This document shows positions 57,225-64,000 of a stretch of 64,000 nt of DNA, in pieces. Source of the stretch: the human T2T-CHM13v2.0 reference genome, Homo sapiens; the NCBI RefSeq assembly GCF_009914755.1, contig NC_060948.1. One strand, 5' to 3'. Made by a program: the position numbers and the translations under genes. The notes beneath the pieces were generated by a model. It had not been told where the DNA came from. It saw only the letters and a program-made list of their open reading frames with translations, and searched no databases. Within the stretch, counting starts at the first letter, position 1, and the number at the start of each line of letters is the position of its first letter.

Positions 57225-59349
57225 AGATCCATACTTTTTAAATGAAAAAAAATTTCAAAGGTACTCTGCTTGGTACAATAATCAAATGTATAAACTGAGG
57301 AATAAAACATAACCATGAAACCTACTTATAACTGCATATGGAAAATACAGAGGATAATTTTTTAAATAACATATTTTGAAAGCCTTAACTAGTAATTTGA
57401 AGAGTTGGCATTTGAAAGGCCAGTATGAATATACCTTCAAAGCAGCAACACAGGTTCCCCATGAGAAAAAGCAAACTCAGGGAAAATAAAAACACAAAGG
57501 TTCAATCTCTTCTGACCTTTGAAAGACACAGCACAGACAGTGGTCCTTAGGACGAAGAGCAGGAGACCCCTAATTCCGTCACCATGGCGATAGGGCATAA
57601 ACATTGCTGGGTGAGGGCACAATCCACATTGTGAGGTCCAACTGCTGCCAGGAAGACAGGAGTGCTTTTACATAGACCGAAAGGTCATTGAAGGCTCAGA
57701 GTTTTGTTTCAAGAACTGAATCCCAAGCCCACACGTTACTAGGCTGCACTTCTTAAAACAAGTTATGAGATGGGAAAAAGGGCACCCACAAACATACGTA
57801 TACATTATGTATATAATAATATACAGTGTCATATATATAATATATATAACCTATGTATAATATTGTTTTACATCCTGCATCTTATATTATATATATTGTC
57901 TAAAATATAATAATTGATAATATATAAGTTTTTTATTTATACAATATGACATATAGTATATATTATAATTTATGACATATATAATATATGTTATATATCA
58001 TATATAGAATATATTATATGGTTAATATACGTATTAAATATAAATTATACATTATATATATTATATATAATATATCTGTTATATATAATACCCATTATGC
58101 ATAATATATATATTATGTCTATATTATATATAGTATAAAACAACATATAATAATATATAATTGTATATATAAAATGCGACATATAATATATATTATATTT
58201 TATAACATATGTAATATATATTATATATTATATATAATATGTTGTATGTATAATACCTATATTAAATATATATTATATGGCTATGTTATTAATTACATGT
58301 CACATATGTTATATATTATATATTTTACATAGAATATACCGGTTACATACAATATATACTATGTTACCTATAATGTATAATTGATTGCATGTAAAATAAA
58401 GAATGCAATATATTATGTATAATTTATAATATACAATATGTGGAATGTGATATATATAACATATAATATATGATATATGATATACAGTATATGATATATA
58501 ACATACAATATATGATACCTAATATATATGGTATACAATATATATTTTATGATATGTATTCTATATGTTTTATATTCTGTTATATATAACTATTTGAAAT
58601 TATATATAACTGTATATTTTATGTAAATATGTAATATAATATATATAACTATATAATATATTATATATAACTATATATTATGTTATATATACTTTTATAA
58701 CATAATTTACATAAAATGTCATAATATAATATATATTATATTATTTCACATTACATAATATATATTACATATCACCCAATATAAGTAACATATATAATAT
58801 TATAATATAGATTATATTATGTTATATTAAATATCATATATATCATGTATCATATATTCTATGATATATATTACACATTATATAATATGTATGTTGTCTA
58901 TTTTGTGATATATAAAACAATATATATAATTATATTATTATACATATAACTAGATAAACATGTAATTATACATATTTTCATTTGTAATATATAGAATTAT
59001 ATAACCATATATAATTATTTATATTCTATAAAAAATTATATCATTATATAAATTATAATATAAAAAAATTATAATATGTACTACAAATATATATATTATA
59101 TATCATATATGATATAGTACCTTTGTTATATATCATAATACATATAAATGTGTATTATGTTATCTATAATTATATAATTTCATATATAAGATGTATAATA
59201 TGTATTATATATTGTCTATGTTATGTAATATATATAGTATATGTAAGCTGACACAGGATAAATATTATATACTATGACATATAAAATATATGAGGTTATA
59301 TGTTACATATAAGGCAAAGCACATAACATGTAATATATGTCATATATAA

Positions 59350-59641
<292 letters not shown>

Positions 59642-61769
59642 AGATCCATATTTTTTAAATGAAAAAAAATTTCAAAGGTACTCTGCTTGGTACAATAATC
59701 AAATGTATAAACTGAGGAATAAAACATAACCATGAAACCTACTTATAACTGCATATGGAAAATACAGAGGATAATTTTTTAAATAACATACTTTGAAAGC
59801 CTTAACTAGTAATTTGAAGAGTTGGCATTTGAAAGGCCAGTATGAATATACCTTCAAAGCAGCAACACATGTTCCCCATGAGAAAAAGCAAACTCAGGGA
59901 AAATAAAACCACAAAGGTTCAATCTCTTCTGACCTTTGAAAGACACAGCACAGACAGTGGTCCTTAGGACGAAGAGCAGGAGACCCCTAATTCCGTCACC
60001 ATGGCGATAGGGCATAAACATTGCTGGGTGAGGGCACAATCCACATTGAGAGGTCCAACTGCTGCCAGGAAGACAGGAGTGCTTTTACATAGACCGAAAG
60101 GTCATCGAAGGCTCAGAGTTTTGTTTCAAGAACTGAATCCCAAGCCCACACGTTATTAGGCTGCGCTTCTTAAAACAAGTTATGAGATGGGAAAAAGGGC
60201 ACCCACAAACATACGTATACATTATGTATATAATAATATACAGTATCATATATATAATATATATAACCTATGTGTAATATTGTTTTACATCCTGCATCTT
60301 ATATTATATATATTGTATAAAATATAATAATTCATAATACATAACGTTTATATTTATACAATATGACATATAGTATATATTATAATTTATGACATATATA
60401 ATATATGTTATATATCATATATAGAATATATTATACGGTTAATATACGTATTAAATATAAATTATACATTATATATATTATATAAAATATATCTGTTATA
60501 TATAATACCCTTTATGCATAATATATATATTATGTCTATGTTATATATAGTATAAAACAACATATAATAATATATAATTGTATATATAAAATGCGACATA
60601 TAATATATATTATATTTTATGACATATGTAATATATATTATATATTATATATAATACGTTGTATGTATAATACCTATATTAAATATATATTATATGACTA
60701 TGTTATTAATTACATGTCACATATGTTATATATTATATATTTTACATAGAATATACCGGTTACATACAATATATACTATGTTACCTATAATGTATAATTG
60801 ATTACATGTAAAATAAAGAATGCAATATATTATGTATAATTTATAATATACAATATGTGGAATGTGATATATATAACATATAATATATGATATATGATAT
60901 ACAGTATATGATATATAACACACAATATATGATACCTAATATATATGGTATACAATATATATTTTATGATATGTATTCTTTATGTTTTATATTCTGTTAT
61001 ATATAACTATTTGAAATTATATATAACTGTGTAATATTTTATGTAAATATGTAATATAATATATATAACTATATAATATATTATATATAACTATATATTA
61101 TGTTATATATACTTTTATAACATAATTTACATTAAATATCATAATATAATATATATTATATTATTTCACATTACATAATATATATTACATATCACCCAAT
61201 ATAAGTAACATACATAATATTATAATATAGATTATATTATGTTATATTAAATATCATATATATCATGTATCATATATTCTATAATATATATTACACATTA
61301 TATAATATGTATGTTGTCTATTATGTGATATATATAACTATATATATAATTATATTATTATACATATAACTAGATAAACATGAAATTCTACATATTTTCA
61401 TTTATAATATATAGAATTATATAATCATATATAATTATTTATATTCTATAAAAAATTATATCATTATATAAATTATAATATATAAAAATTATAATATGTA
61501 CTACAAATATATATATTATATATCATATATGATATAGTACCTTTGTTATATATCATAATACATATAAATTTGTATTATGTTATCTACAATTATATAGTTT
61601 CATATATAAGATATATAATATGTATTATATATTGTATATGTTATGTAATATATATAGTATATATAAGCTGACACAGGATAAATATTATATACTATGACAT
61701 ATAAAATATATGAGGTTATATGTTACATATAAGGCATAGCACATAACATGTAATATATATCATATATAA

Positions 61770-62061
<292 letters not shown>

Positions 62062-62636
62062 AGATCCATATTTTGTAAATGAAAAAAAATTTCAAAGGTA
62101 CTCTGCTTGGTACAATAATCAAATGTATAAACTGAGGAATGAAACATAACCATGAAACCTACTTATAAGTGCATATGGAAAATACAGAGGATAATTTTTT
62201 AAATAACATATTTTGAAAGCCTTAACTAGTAATTTGAAGAGTTGGCATTTGAAAGGCCAGTATGAATATACCTTCAAGGCAGCAACACAGGTTCCCCATG
62301 AGAAAAAGCAAACTCAGGGAAAATAAAACCACAAAGGTTCAATCTCTTCTGACCTTTGAAAGACACAGCACAGACAGTGGTCCTTACGACGAAGAGCAGG
62401 AGACCCCTAATTCCGTCACCATGGCGATAGGGCATAAACATTGCTGGGTGAGGGCACAATCCACATTGTGAGGTCCAACTGCTGCCAGGAAGACAGGAGT
62501 GCTTTTACATAGACCGAAAGGTCATTGAAGGCTCAGAGTTTTGTTTCAAGAACTGAATCCCAAGCCCACACGTTATTAGGCTGCGCTTCTTAAAACAAGT
62601 TATGAGATGGGAAAAAGGGCACCCACAAACATACGT
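62062..62636. repeat. HSATI-like segment (last unit)
   Basis: Colinear with 1613-2187. Confidence 0.8.
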
Positions 62637-64000
62637 ATACATTATGTATATAATAATATACAGTATCATATATATAATATATATAACCTATGTATAATAT
62701 TGTTTTACATCCTGCATCTTATATTATATATATTGTCTTAAATATAATAATTGATAATATATAAGTTTATATTTATACAATATGACATATAGTATATATT
62801 ATAATTTATGACATATATAATATATGTTATATATCATATATAGAATATATTATACGGTTAATATACGTATTAAATATAAATTATACACTATATATATTAT
62901 ATATAATATATCTGTTATATATAATACCCAGTATGCATAATATATATATTATGTCTATGTTATATATAGTATAAAACAACATATAATAATATATAATTGT
63001 ATATATAAAATGCGACATATACTATATATTTTATTTTATGACATATGTAATATATATTACATATTATATATAATATGTTGTATGTATAATACCTATATTA
63101 AATATATATTATATGACTATGTTATTAATTACATGTCACATATGTTATATATTATATATTTTACATAGAATATACCGGTTACATACAATTTATACTATGT
63201 TACCTATAATGTATAATTGATTACATGTAAAATAAAGAATGCAATATATTATGTATAATTTATAATATACAATATGTGGAATGTGATATATATAACATAT
63301 AACATATGATATATGATATACAGTATATGATATATAACATACAATATATGATACCTAATATATATGGTATACAATATATATTTTATGATATGTATTCTAT
63401 ATGTTTTATATTCTGTTATATATAACTATTTGAAATTATATATAACTGTATATTTTATGTAAATATGTAATATAATATATATAACTATATAATATATTAT
63501 ATATAAATATATATTATGTTATATATACTTTTATAACATAATTTACATAAAATGTCATAATATAATATATATTATATTATTTCACATTACATAATATATA
63601 TTACATATCACCCAATATAAGTAACATATATAATATTATAATATAGATTATATTATGTTATATTAAATATCATATATATCATGTATCATATATTCTATAA
63701 TATATATTACACATTATATAATATGTATGTTGTCTATTTTGTGATATATAAAACTATATATATAATTATACTATTATACATATAACTAGATAAACATGTA
63801 ATTATACATATTTTCATTTGTAATATATAGAATTATATAATCATATATAATTATTTATATTCTATAAAAAATTATATCATTATATAAATTATAATATAAA
63901 AAAATTATAATATGTACTACAAATATATATATTATATATCATATATGATATAGTACCTTTGTTATATATCATGATACATATAAATGTGTATTATGTTATC
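62637..64000. repeat. AT-rich low-complexity segment (partial last unit)
   Basis: Colinear with 2188-3735; the array continues beyond the window. Confidence 0.9.

Overview
The whole 64 kb window is one uninterrupted head-to-tail tandem array of a ~2.42 kb composite unit: 26 complete cores plus partial AT-rich ends, mean period ~2418 bp, range ~2411-2422. Each unit has three parts: (i) ~1.55 kb of extremely AT-rich low-complexity DNA, (ii) a ~292 bp diverged minus-strand Alu lacking its first ~12 nt and carrying an internal 16-bp duplication, and (iii) a ~570 bp more GC-balanced segment (HSATI-like). This architecture, the period and a predicted ~2.15 kb HaeIII fragment match human satellite HSat1B/DYZ2, most likely from Yq12 heterochromatin. 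I see no genuine protein-coding gene, RNA gene, CRISPR or prokaryotic feature; the ORF track consists of chance ORFs copied in every unit. I found no new biological system. The interesting signal is the variant structure between units: a homogeneous central subfamily (~23-57.8 kb) flanked by units sharing rare variants across ~50 kb, several local monomer duplications, two incipient dimeric (~4.84 kb) higher-order patterns, and mosaic units.
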